DNA from: an uncultured delta proteobacterium
GTDB taxonomy: Bacteria; Desulfobacterota; Binatia; Binatales; Binataceae
Assembly: GCA_963796565.1 (NCBI GenBank)
Contig: CAWCMA010000008.1
Coordinates: 74-64,073, forward strand
Direction of reading: 5' to 3'
Length of the DNA: 64,000 nt
Part shown: positions 11,423 through 20,187 of the stretch, in pieces
How the letters are laid out: each line of letters starts with the position of its first letter
Position numbering within the stretch: position 1 is the first letter of the stretch
Made by a program: the position numbers and the translations under genes
The notes under the pieces: model-generated
What the model saw: only the letters and a program-made list of their open reading frames with translations
What the model was told of the DNA's origin: nothing
Databases searched by the model: none

Positions 11423-12127
11423 ATGATGGCGGATTCACAAAAGCCATGTATCGAATGCGGCTCCGGGATACCGGAGAGCGCCCGAGTTTGTCCGATATGC
11501 AAGAGCTTTTAGCAAAGATGGAAGTTGCAGCTTTGGTTTGTCTCGTCAAATCTGGCGCTGATCGTCGCCGTAGTTTCGGTTCTGTTATGGACAACGGCTC
11601 AACTTCCGAAATGGTGGGTGGAATACTTCCCGAGAACGGAAGTGATCGCAACCGCCTGCAACAGTGCAGACGGCGCTGTTCTGTATAACTCAGGTAATGT
11701 TCCGGTCTTCATCTCTCATGTAATGCTTTTCAGCAAAGGAAGCGAGTGGGCAGGGCAGGTGATACCGGTTAATAATACGCTTGAGCCCGGCAAGTTTTTG
11801 ACAACGCCTTCTCCCGCAAAGCCGTTCGATGGGTACTGGGTAAGACACGCTTCCGCAGATAGACTAGCGAAACTTGTTAGGTTGGCAACTACATCACCCC
11901 CTCCCGAACAGCAGCGCTGCGCGCACATTGTAATCTTTGCGAAGAACGATCCTCTGTTGCATGAGGTCTCCGAGGCAGGCGGTGCTACGCTTAATACGCT
12001 GGATGGCGGGGGCTACATAGGATACATTGCGCCGCGCACGTCACCGACGAGGTCAATACGTGTTCCGATTGCCGCTGTCGCCGTGATTCTGGCTAGCTCT
12101 CGAACTGGCTGCCCTACTGATGAGTAG
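11423..12127 (+). pseudogene. Zinc-ribbon + TM + extracytoplasmic domain protein with in-frame TAG at 11510-11512
   Basis: MMADSQKPCIECGSGIPESARVCPICKSF*QRWKLQLWFVSSNLALIVAVVSVLLW...; both halves are in the same frame. Confidence 0.65.
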
Positions 12128-12395
12128 TCTACCCGTCCTACCGGAGGCCGGTCCTCGGTGCCGGTACGGCGGGGGCGTTTTCATGCCCTCAATTTCGCAC
12201 TAGACATTTGCAACACGCCAAGCCCTTTGTTTATCGGCCTTTCCGGGATGATGCATATCTTACCCTTTGTGAAACATTCGGCGACGCCGTCTTGCAACCG
12301 CGCCGTCACGTAGTTCGAGGCGCGGTCTTTTTGCCTTCGCTTCGATGCTTGAGTGGGAGTGCTGGATGCTTAAATGATCGGAAAGGGATCGGTAA

Positions 12396-13406
12396 ATGAC
12401 CACTGACACGATAAATCTGGACATCGGCACTTTTAGCAAGCGAACCATCCTGACCGGGGCGGGATGGACACGGAATTGGGGTGGACGGCTTGCGGCGGAG
12501 CTCTGGGAAGACTTGATAGGCCACAAGGCTATTCAGAGTAATTCCCGCCTGCGCGAACTTCTGCTGGATGAGCTGTCGTTCGAGGCCGCGCTTGGAATTG
12601 TTCAGGCCGAACCGTTTACAGCGGACGACCGTCAGGTTTTTGAGAGCGCGTTGCTCGACGCCTTCATCGCAATGGATCGCGAGGTGGCTCAAATTCCTGA
12701 CCCTTGGATCAATATTTATAAAGTGCAGGAGCTGCTGTTCCGGTTTTGCGGCCGGCGCGCCCAGGGGATCAATGCCGGGTACATGTTCACGCTTAACCAG
12801 GATCTTTGGCCGGAGAGATACCTATACAACGAATACGTGTCGGGTGCACTGAACCCGGCACTGCCCGCAATGCGCGGGCGGCCGAATCAACGGCTTTTCA
12901 CAACGGATATTGGATATTATTCAGGCGAGTTTCTCATGCAGCCGATCGCGGAACCGGCGGCGCAAGGACAACTCCATGGTCATTTCAACGTCATCAAACT
13001 GCATGGTTCTTTCAACTGGCGGACGGCGGATGCGCGACACGCTTTGGTCGTGGGAACGGAAAAGAGCGGCCAAATTGCGGCGTCGCCGTTGCTGGCCTGG
13101 TATTTCGATATTTTCAGGAAAGTGCTGTCAGTCGGGGGCGCGCGGTTGATGGTGATGGGGTACGGTTTCGGCGATGAGCACGTGAACGCTGTGATTTCCG
13201 ACGCAATCGATCGTCATGGTCTGAAGCTCTTTATCTGGGACACCGGCGCGAACCTGAAGGATCGCGTGCTGGCGGCGCCCTGCGGCCCTCGTCTGTGGAG
13301 AGGATTGCTGAGCATCATGTCGCGCCCGATGATCGAAGTTTTCCCTAGCAGCCAAGCGGAGACGCAGGAATATCGGCGAATCCAAGAGAGTTTCTTTGGC
13401 AATTAA
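12396..13406 (+). CDS. SIR2-like (SIR2_2) domain protein, possible NADase defence effector
   Basis: ILTGAGW, FTLNQD, IKLHGSFNW, VMGYGFGDEHVN motifs. Confidence 0.85.
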   Translation: MTTDTINLDIGTFSKRTILTGAGWTRNWGGRLAAELWEDLIGHKAIQSNSRLRELLLDELSFEAALGIVQAEPFTADDRQVFESALLDAFIAMDREVAQIPDPWINIYKVQELLFRFCGRRAQGINAGYMFTLNQDLWPERYLYNEYVSGALNPALPAMRGRPNQRLFTTDIGYYSGEFLMQPIAEPAAQGQLHGHFNVIKLHGSFNWRTADARHALVVGTEKSGQIAASPLLAWYFDIFRKVLSVGGARLMVMGYGFGDEHVNAVISDAIDRHGLKLFIWDTGANLKDRVLAAPCGPRLWRGLLSIMSRPMIEVFPSSQAETQEYRRIQESFFGN

Positions 13407-13697
13407 TCTATGGGCGCTTTTGTCTGGCTAAGACAGAATCGGCTCGGCCTCTCCCTTTCTGCGTTGTTTTTCTAACACGATAAAACACATTAACTGGTTA
13501 GAAGAACGGGGCGAGGTGGACGGCCAACCTGGTAATGCCCGCAACTCTGCGAGCATTTGGTGCTCCAGGCGAACGTGCCGTGGAAGTTTCACAAAGTTCG
13601 CGAGGCGCGGTAAATAGCGGCCTGCCTTGCGCAGTCGTAACATCCGAGTGTTATCTCAGAAAACGCCCGACTTGTGTCAGCCCACCGCGCGGCGCGC

Positions 13698-15140
13698 CTA
13701 GTCGGTGCGCGCCATGAAATCCTTCACCCGCTGCACCAGCGGCGCCAGGTCGGTGTTGTCGACCAGCGCGCTGGCCATCCTGACCGGATCGCCGAAGAAG
13801 AAGCGCTCGTAAAGCACCTGGCGGCCGGCGAACGAGCTGCCCGCGGCGTCCCAGGCCAGCCGGTAGAGCGCCACGCGCTCGCGCGCGCCGGCGTCGGCCT
13901 GGCCGAAGTAGCGTTCGATCTCGGGCGCGAGGGGACTTTTGAAGTCACGCTCCGACGGCGTCGCCATCAGGCTCGAGGAGCTGTTGAGCTGAATGATCTC
14001 GGCGAGGCGCGGATACAGCTTGGGAAAAAGATTGCGCGCGGCGTCGAGCGGCGGGCGCGCCGGCAGGTACTCGCCCCACTTGTCGGGCGTGGCATCAGCC
14101 TCGGCGGCGCGCAGGCACGAGCGCATCAACTCGGTGGTGACGATCATCTCGGCCAGGCGCTCGCGCACGTGCGGCAGGCTCATCGCGTCGCTGACCTGGG
14201 CGATCCGCGTGGCCAGGCCGAGCATGAATTCGCTCTTGACCGCGTTTTTGACCACCACCTGATGCATCATGTTGACCACGGCGCCGGTCTCGGCATAGAG
14301 CGCGTTGCATCGCGCCATATCGCCGCATACGAACACGCGCTCCCACGGCACCAGCACGTTGTTGAAGATGACGACGCAATCCATCTCTTCGAAGCGCGAG
14401 GCGAGCGGATGGTCGAAGTGCGATCGCTCGGCTTCGAACGGATCGCGACACAGGAACTTCATCCCCGGCGCGTTGCATTGCACCGCAAACGCCAGCGCGA
14501 AAGGCTTCTGGCTCGGGTCCTCCTTGAGCACGGTGGAAGGGAAGACCAGCAATTCCTCGGAAGCCGGACCGAGCGTGGCGAGCATGCGCGCGCCGTTGAC
14601 GACGATTCCGTCGCTGGTCTCCTCGACCAGGCGCAAGGCGAGGTCGGCGTCGGTCTGCCCGGCCCATCCGGCGGTGCGGCTGGCGCGCGGGTTGAGCAGG
14701 GTATGGGTGGCGCACCAGTCGTTGCGGCGCGCGGCGCGGTAGTATTCCACGATATTGTCGCCGAAGCGCTTGTCGCCGGCGGCGAAGAACTCGTGCGCGG
14801 CCGCCATCGCCGCGATGCTGGCGTTGAGGTAGTCGGGCGTGCGCCCGAGCATCCCGCCGCTGAACTCGGCCCATCGCCGCATCATGGCGCCGCGCTTGCG
14901 CACCTCGTCCGCGCTTTGCGGCTGGATGAAGGAGAGGCCGGCGCGCTCGCCGCCCTCGACGCGATAGGTCATCGCCTCGGGATGCTCGATCTGCATGTCG
15001 TAGAGCGAGGCGAGCGAGCGCGTGACGCCCTTGAACGCCGGATGCGTGGTCGGGTCGGCGACGCGCTCGCCGCCCAGCCAGACCTCGCTCTTGAGCTTGC
15101 GCATCGCGCTCAAATAATTGTTGCCCGAGCGCGCGCCCAT
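13698..15140 (-). CDS. hpaB: 4-hydroxyphenylacetate 3-monooxygenase oxygenase component
   Basis: GMLGRTPDYLN, DHPLASRFEEMD, RQVLYERFFFGDP; hpaD/hpaE neighbours. Confidence 0.9.
   Translation of the reverse strand: MGARSGNNYLSAMRKLKSEVWLGGERVADPTTHPAFKGVTRSLASLYDMQIEHPEAMTYRVEGGERAGLSFIQPQSADEVRKRGAMMRRWAEFSGGMLGRTPDYLNASIAAMAAAHEFFAAGDKRFGDNIVEYYRAARRNDWCATHTLLNPRASRTAGWAGQTDADLALRLVEETSDGIVVNGARMLATLGPASEELLVFPSTVLKEDPSQKPFALAFAVQCNAPGMKFLCRDPFEAERSHFDHPLASRFEEMDCVVIFNNVLVPWERVFVCGDMARCNALYAETGAVVNMMHQVVVKNAVKSEFMLGLATRIAQVSDAMSLPHVRERLAEMIVTTELMRSCLRAAEADATPDKWGEYLPARPPLDAARNLFPKLYPRLAEIIQLNSSSSLMATPSERDFKSPLAPEIERYFGQADAGARERVALYRLAWDAAGSSFAGRQVLYERFFFGDPVRMASALVDNTDLAPLVQRVKDFMARTD
13700..13779. 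repeat. 80-bp direct repeat copy 2 (current 3' end of hpaB)
   Basis: Matches 10964-11043. Confidence 0.95.
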
Positions 15141-16027
15141 CAGAGGATCTCCTGCAGTTGCGGCAGCCGCTTGCGCAGCCGCTCGGCCGCGTCCTCGGGC
15201 GCCATGTACGGCGGTCGCGCGGGCCCCATGTCGATCCCGGTCGCGACCGAGGCGGTGACCTTGGTGACGCCGAGATGGCCGAGCGATTCCTCGCCCCCGC
15301 GCGGAAAGCAGCGGTTGAGCCGGCGCTGGATTTCCTGGGCGCGCATGATGTCGCCAGCGCGGTAGGCCTTGAGCAACGCCGCGGAGGCGGGCACGGCGAA
15401 GATGTTGATGAAGCCGCCGGCCGCGCCGAGCATCAAGCCGCTCAGCAGCGCACGGAAAGTGTTGAAGATCTCGATGCGCGTGCCGATCTGGTCGTAAAGC
15501 TCCTCGAGATGCTGAAGGTCGGTCAGCACTTCTTTCATCGCGACCACGCCGGGGATCGTTGCCAGGCGCGCCGCGAACTTCGGCGAGATATTGAACTTGC
15601 TCAGCGCCGGATTGTGATAGACCACCAGCGGCAGGTCGCCGGCCTCGGCAATCATCCGGTAGTGGCGCTCGACCTCGGCCTCGCCGCAGCGCCAGTAGTA
15701 GGGCGGGATCACCTGCTGCGCGTCGTAACCCATCCTGGCCGCGACCTTGGCGAAGTGCAGCGCCTCCAGTGTGGTCGCGCCCGAGGTCATCGCGGTGGCG
15801 GGTACGCCGGGACGCTTGCGGGTTTCTTCAAGTGTCACTTCAAACGCGCACGTGCGCTCGGCTTCGCTCAGATGCAGGAACTCGCCGATGCTGGGCGTGG
15901 CGACGATACCGTCGGCACCGTTGTCGAGCGCCCATCGCACCTCTTTGCGCAACGCCTCTTCGTTGATCTTGTAGTCCGCGGTGAACGGCGTCACCAGCAT
16001 CGCATGGATTCCGTGCACGAGCTTCAT
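15140..16027 (-). CDS. DHDPS/NAL-family (class I) aldolase, probably the pathway aldolase
   Basis: LVTPF, SIGE, YHNP, AMKE (Schiff-base Lys); RBS AAGGAG upstream. Confidence 0.85.
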   Translation of the reverse strand: MKLVHGIHAMLVTPFTADYKINEEALRKEVRWALDNGADGIVATPSIGEFLHLSEAERTCAFEVTLEETRKRPGVPATAMTSGATTLEALHFAKVAARMGYDAQQVIPPYYWRCGEAEVERHYRMIAEAGDLPLVVYHNPALSKFNISPKFAARLATIPGVVAMKEVLTDLQHLEELYDQIGTRIEIFNTFRALLSGLMLGAAGGFINIFAVPASAALLKAYRAGDIMRAQEIQRRLNRCFPRGGEESLGHLGVTKVTASVATGIDMGPARPPYMAPEDAAERLRKRLPQLQEIL

Positions 16028-16054
16028 TTCAGTTGGCTCCTTCCGCCGGTCAGT

Positions 16055-16100
16055 ACAAAAATCGCTCCGCGACAAATCGCGCGACAAAAATCGCTCCGCG
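16055..16100. repeat. Imperfect tandem repeat: ACAAAAATCGCTCCGCG x2 with a shorter copy between
   Basis: Read directly. Confidence 0.7.
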
Positions 16101-16101
16101 T

Positions 16102-16184
16102 AGATCCCTCACTTCGGCGGCTTCGTTCAGGATGACGGCAAAGAAGGCTTCCATTCTGTCATCCTGAGCGTATGCGGAGGATCT
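16102..16184. repeat. REP-like inverted pair (AGATCC...CAGGATGAC / GTCATCCTGAGCG...GGATCT)
   Basis: Same GTCATCCTGAGCG motif recurs at 53269. Confidence 0.75.
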
Positions 16185-16230
16185 ATGCGAAGCGGTGGAT
16201 CTTCTTTCCCGCATTTGTCGATACCGTCTT

Positions 16231-16506
16231 TCATGACGGAGACGGTTGAACCGGTTGCCCCTCCTCGGGAGGCGCGCCGCCCCAGATCAAAACATCGGGG
16301 CAGAGATCCGCACCGTTTGGCCAGACTATGGTTCCGCCCTCGGCGCGCACCTTTGCAAAGAACGACGGATCCTTGCGAATGGAGTTGAAGACCGGACCGA
16401 CGAGAAGGCGTGACACGTCGCGTTCGATGACGGAGCCATCGCTCAGGGTCAGCTTAAGTTTGAAGTCTCCAAGCGCTTCGGCTTCACGAATACGCAAAAG
16501 GGCCAT
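16231..16506 (-). CDS. DUF2442 domain protein (antitoxin-like)
   Basis: LKLTLSDG...GPVF...GTIVWPNGADLCPDVL. Confidence 0.8.
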   Translation of the reverse strand: MALLRIREAEALGDFKLKLTLSDGSVIERDVSRLLVGPVFNSIRKDPSFFAKVRAEGGTIVWPNGADLCPDVLIWGGAPPEEGQPVQPSPS

Positions 16507-16512
16507 ATGGTA

Positions 16513-17424
16513 TCACCGTCCCGCTGGCGCCTGCGCGCCCTGATGCGCCGCGACGCTGGGCCGGGCGAAATGGAAAATGGCCTGTCCGGTTCCGAGCGCG
16601 GCTTCGTAGCGTCCGAACTGTTCGCCGCGCCAGTTCCATTGGGCGCCGCCCATCGCACCCGCCATCATAAGGTAGTGCGAGAAGCGTCCCTCGGGTGAAC
16701 ATTCGGAACGGTACTCTGGAGCGGCGCGTAGAATCTCGGCATGCCGCCCAGACTTGAACCATTCCATCAATTTTTCGTCGTACAGGCGATTGGCGAGTGA
16801 GCTGATGTCGTCGGGCGAGGCCGAGGCGTGTTGCAGCACGTGGTCGTAGTCCCAGAAGCGATGCGACATGCCGCCCGCCGCGACCAGCACGACCCGTCGG
16901 CCCGAAGCGCGAATCGCGGCGCCCATCGCGGCGCCGAACGCGACGTCGTTGGAGATCCCGGCCGTCTGGCAGACTCCGACCGAGAGCACGCGGCGGGTGG
17001 CGCCAGGATTAAAGTAATGCATTACATTCAATGTTGGATAGTGAAGCGGCAGGGTAGGGTAGCCGGCCGCGATCGCGCGCAGTTCGCTGGCGCGAGCCGC
17101 TTCCACGATCGCTGCGGCCAGTTCCGGATCGCCCGCATAGTCGTAGGCGTACTCGTGGATCATCTGCGGCAGTTCCTCGGAGGTATAGAGACCCCGCAGG
17201 CGTTCCTGCGCGTTGAGCACGTATTCGAGCGTGGTGAACCAGTGGGTGTCGATCAGTACGAAGGTGTCGAACTCGAGCGGGCGCAGCCGCTCGCGCTCGA
17301 GCTGTTCCATCGCGTCATAAAAGGTGGTGACGTTTTTGCCCATGTAGGCGCGGCGCGCCTCGAGGTCGTGAATCATCAGGCGCGGCACATGGGTGGTAAA
17401 GATTGCGGCTACGATCTCGCCCAT
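16513..17424 (-). CDS. hpaD: Homoprotocatechuate 2,3-dioxygenase-like LigB-family extradiol dioxygenase
   Basis: TTHVP, DTHW, SEELP, GDPELA, GGMSHRFW, PEGRFSHY, GTGQ. Confidence 0.82.
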   Translation of the reverse strand: MGEIVAAIFTTHVPRLMIHDLEARRAYMGKNVTTFYDAMEQLERERLRPLEFDTFVLIDTHWFTTLEYVLNAQERLRGLYTSEELPQMIHEYAYDYAGDPELAAAIVEAARASELRAIAAGYPTLPLHYPTLNVMHYFNPGATRRVLSVGVCQTAGISNDVAFGAAMGAAIRASGRRVVLVAAGGMSHRFWDYDHVLQHASASPDDISSLANRLYDEKLMEWFKSGRHAEILRAAPEYRSECSPEGRFSHYLMMAGAMGGAQWNWRGEQFGRYEAALGTGQAIFHFARPSVAAHQGAQAPAGR

Positions 17425-17455
17425 CGCGGGCCTCCTTTGGCGCGGCAATTCATCG

Positions 17456-18934
17456 CTAAGCCTGGCGTTCGGGATAGGCGGGATAGGTCAGACAGACCAG
17501 CTTGGGCTCGGTCCAGAACTCCAGGCTGAAGCGCCCGCCCTGACGTCCGACTCCACTTTGGCCCGAACCGCCGAATGGCGTGCGCAAATCGCGGAGGAAA
17601 AAACTGTTGACCCATACCATCCCGGTCTTGATCCGCGCGGCGACGCGCAGAGCGCGCTCGAGATCGCGGGTCCAGATGTAGGCCGCAAGGCCGTAGCGCG
17701 TCGCGTTGGCCATCGCCGCCGCCTGCTCCTCGTCTTCGAAGCGCTCGACGCTCAGCACCGGGCCGAAAATTTCCTCGCGCACCACGCGCGCGTCAGGCCG
17801 CAGGCGGTCGAGGACGGTTGGCAGGTAGTAATAGCCGGGACGGGGATGCTCGGGGATCGCGCCACCGGCGAGCAACTCGGCGCCGCCGGCAATCGCCTCC
17901 TTGACGAAGGAGTCGACGCGGCTCCGATGCGCGGCCGAGATCAGCGGGCCGTATTCGGTGTCGTCGGCAAGCGGGTCGCCGATCTTGAGCTTGCGCATGT
18001 CGTCGAGGACCATCGCGATAAACTCGTCGGCGATTTTCCGTTCGACCAGCAAGCGCGAGCCCGCGACACACGACTGTCCCTGACTGCGGAAGATCGAGCG
18101 CGCGACGCCAGCCGCCGCGCGCTTCAGATCCGCGTCGGCGAAGACCAGGTTGGGCGACTTGCCGCCGAGTTCCAGCGTCACGCGCTTGAGCGACTCGGCC
18201 GCCGCCGCCATCACGCGCTTGCCGGTCGCGACGCCGCCGGTAAACGCAATCCCGTCGACGCCCGGATGCGCCACCAGCGCGGCGCCGGCCGCGCCCTGAC
18301 CGGGCAGGACGTTGAGCACGCCCGGCGGCAGCCCGGCCTCGAGCGCGATTTCGCCCAGCGCGATCGCCGTCAGCGGCGCCAGTTCCGAAGGCTTGTAGAT
18401 GCACGCGTTGCCGGCGGCGAGACACGGTCCGAGGTTCCACGTACCCAGCATCAGCGGCGAGTTCCACGGGATGATGATCGCGCCGACGCCGAGCGGCGCG
18501 CGCTCGGTCAGGCTGACGAGCTTGAGGTCGGCGCCGAGAAACTTGGCGTCGCCGTGGCTTGCCTCCTGGGTCCACGCCTCGGCCGCGTTGGCGAAGAAGC
18601 GCAGGTTGCGCGCGGCGCGTGCGATATCGTGGTTGACGCATTCGCTGACCGGCTTGCCGACGTCGCGCGCCTCGAGCCGCCCCAGCTCGCGGGCGCGCTT
18701 TTCGATCCCGTCCGCCATCCGCCCGATGATGCGGCCGCGCGCCTCGGCGCTCATCTTCGGCCAGGGTCCATGGTCGGCCGCCTCGCGCGCGGCGGCCACC
18801 GCGCGCTCGATATCCTCGGCGTCGGCGTCGGCCACCTGGGCGAGTTCGCGTTCGGTGGCGGGCTCGATATCGGCAAAGCGCGCGCCGCCGGCCGGCTCGA
18901 CGTACTTGCCTCCGATGAACAGGTTGGTTTCCAT
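17456..18934 (-). CDS. hpaE: Aldehyde dehydrogenase, 5-carboxymethyl-2-hydroxymuconate semialdehyde dehydrogenase-like
   Basis: PWNSP, ELGGKSP, GQSCVAGSR, EEIFGP, WVNSFFLRDLRTPFGG; operon context. Confidence 0.8.
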   Translation of the reverse strand: METNLFIGGKYVEPAGGARFADIEPATERELAQVADADAEDIERAVAAAREAADHGPWPKMSAEARGRIIGRMADGIEKRARELGRLEARDVGKPVSECVNHDIARAARNLRFFANAAEAWTQEASHGDAKFLGADLKLVSLTERAPLGVGAIIIPWNSPLMLGTWNLGPCLAAGNACIYKPSELAPLTAIALGEIALEAGLPPGVLNVLPGQGAAGAALVAHPGVDGIAFTGGVATGKRVMAAAAESLKRVTLELGGKSPNLVFADADLKRAAAGVARSIFRSQGQSCVAGSRLLVERKIADEFIAMVLDDMRKLKIGDPLADDTEYGPLISAAHRSRVDSFVKEAIAGGAELLAGGAIPEHPRPGYYYLPTVLDRLRPDARVVREEIFGPVLSVERFEDEEQAAAMANATRYGLAAYIWTRDLERALRVAARIKTGMVWVNSFFLRDLRTPFGGSGQSGVGRQGGRFSLEFWTEPKLVCLTYPAYPERQA

Positions 18935-18952
18935 CTATGCCGGCCGGACTAC

Positions 18953-18968
18953 TCGCACAATATGCGGA
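18953..18968. promoter_or_regulatory. Imperfect palindrome TCGCACAATATGCGGA, possible operator for the hpa operon
   Basis: CGCA-N5-TGCG dyad about 20 bp upstream of the hpaE start; cognate regulator not in the window. Confidence 0.3.
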
Positions 18969-19081
18969 ACGATACGCCGCGATACGTCAGATAGAATTGA
19001 ATTTCCTCGAATTCCATTGGCAAGACAACTGAGGTATAGCCCGAATAGGGCCGCCTTGTCTGTCCCCAAAACGGGGGCTCC

Positions 19082-19110
19082 TTGACCGGCCTTCCGCGCG
19101 GCCATAACGT
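19082..19110 (+). promoter_or_regulatory. sigma70-type promoter TTGACC-N17-TAACGT
   Basis: Consensus-like boxes, -10 ends 10 nt before the ATG at 19121. Confidence 0.5.
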
Positions 19111-19120
19111 TAGGGCCACG

Positions 19121-19771
19121 ATGGCCGAGTTGCCGGACATCATTCCGATCTTCCCGTTGCCTAACTTCGTGCTCTTTCCCGGAGTGACGGTGCCGCTGCA
19201 CATTTTCGAGCCGCGCTATCGCGAGATGGTGGCCGACGTCGCGCAGAGCCACGGCACCATCGGAATGATAATGCTCAAGGGCGACTGGGAACCCGAGTAC
19301 TACGCTTATCCCGACATCTTCACCATAGGATGCGCCGGCCGCATCAGCTCGCTGGAGAAGCTTCCCGACGGCCGCTACAACCTCCAGCTTGAAGGCATCA
19401 GCGAATTTCAGGTCGGGCGGGAAATCCGCTCGCACTCCTACCGGCAGGCCGAAGTCCAATGGTGCCCGTCGGGCCGCAGACTGCTCGGGCTTGAGCCGTC
19501 CGAGATGGACTCGCTGCGCGATCTGCTGGTCGGATTTCTCGGCGAGAATGCCGACGCGGCCTGGCGCGGATTGGTCGAAGAGCAGGGATTGCGCGACGCC
19601 GACCTGATCAATTTCCTGTGCTTTCATCTCGACGTCACACCGCTGGAGAAGCAGACCCTGCTGGAGTCGCTGGACGATCGCATCGCTTGCCTGTTCGATG
19701 TGCTGACCTTCAAGATCGAAGAACGTAAGCTCGGCCCGCCCGGTCCGCGCGGCGGCAGCCCCGTCAATTAG
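19121..19771 (+). CDS. LON peptidase substrate-binding domain protein
   Basis: IPIFPLPNFVLFPG...PLHIFEPRYREMV...IGCAGRI...LPDGRY. Confidence 0.9.
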   Translation: MAELPDIIPIFPLPNFVLFPGVTVPLHIFEPRYREMVADVAQSHGTIGMIMLKGDWEPEYYAYPDIFTIGCAGRISSLEKLPDGRYNLQLEGISEFQVGREIRSHSYRQAEVQWCPSGRRLLGLEPSEMDSLRDLLVGFLGENADAAWRGLVEEQGLRDADLINFLCFHLDVTPLEKQTLLESLDDRIACLFDVLTFKIEERKLGPPGPRGGSPVN

Positions 19772-20092
19772 GTCGAAACTCGAATAGGTCGAAAGTCGGA
19801 GTCGGGCGAGATCAGTCGGGCCCGAGCTGAGTTGGTCTTAGGTTATCCGTCGAAAGCGTAGGGGCGGTGCCTAGAACAAGATTTTTGGCACTCGGGTGCA
19901 CAGATTTGTAGCGCTTGTCCTTTTTTTCCCTCGCACCGGTCCCAAAATCCCCCAGTTGACTCGCTAACGAACGCTGGTAAAAGGCGTCCGTCCGGCCTTG
20001 AGTCACCCAAATTCCGGGTCAAACCGCCACGAGTTCAGGAAGTGGCGTGCTTCTGCCCGATCTTGTGCTGGCGACAGCGTCACGCCGTACTT

Positions 20093-20108
20093 CGGCACAA
20101 CCGTTGCT
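20093..20108 (+). promoter_or_regulatory. sigma54 -24/-12 promoter (CGGCACAACCGTTGCT)
   Basis: GG-N10-GC spacing with GGCAC and TTGCT matching the RpoN consensus. Confidence 0.6.
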
Positions 20109-20187
20109 CTGTCGAAAGATGATGGGCGGCCAGCCCAGAGCTTGAAACAGTTTGCGAGAGCAAACGACAGACCGGAGGACGGTTCAA

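Larger units (their letters stand above)
10964..13779. mobile_element. Degenerate integrative islet inserted in the 3' end of hpaB
   Basis: Flanking 80-bp direct repeats, integrase remnant, visibly lower GC than the flanks, defence-type cargo. Confidence 0.75.

Noticed and set aside
11329-11688. 119-aa ORF as an intact gene
   Set aside because: Only the first ~30 codons are integrase-like; the rest is off-frame over the zinc-ribbon gene
13428-13643. 71-aa minus-strand ORF in the islet
   Set aside because: No recognisable motif or RBS; may be a decayed fragment
13674-15365. 563-aa plus-strand ORF (and similar long antisense ORFs at 17393, 30483, 47741, 48850)
   Set aside because: Antisense shadows of well-supported genes in high-GC DNA; no recognisable motifs
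6621-16100. Short tandem repeats (6621, 10920, 16055) as possible CRISPR arrays
   Set aside because: Units are 9-17 bp with no unique spacers, and there are no cas genes in the window
19886-19900. TGGCACTCGGGTGCA as a sigma54 promoter
   Set aside because: GG-to-GC spacing is 9, not the required 10
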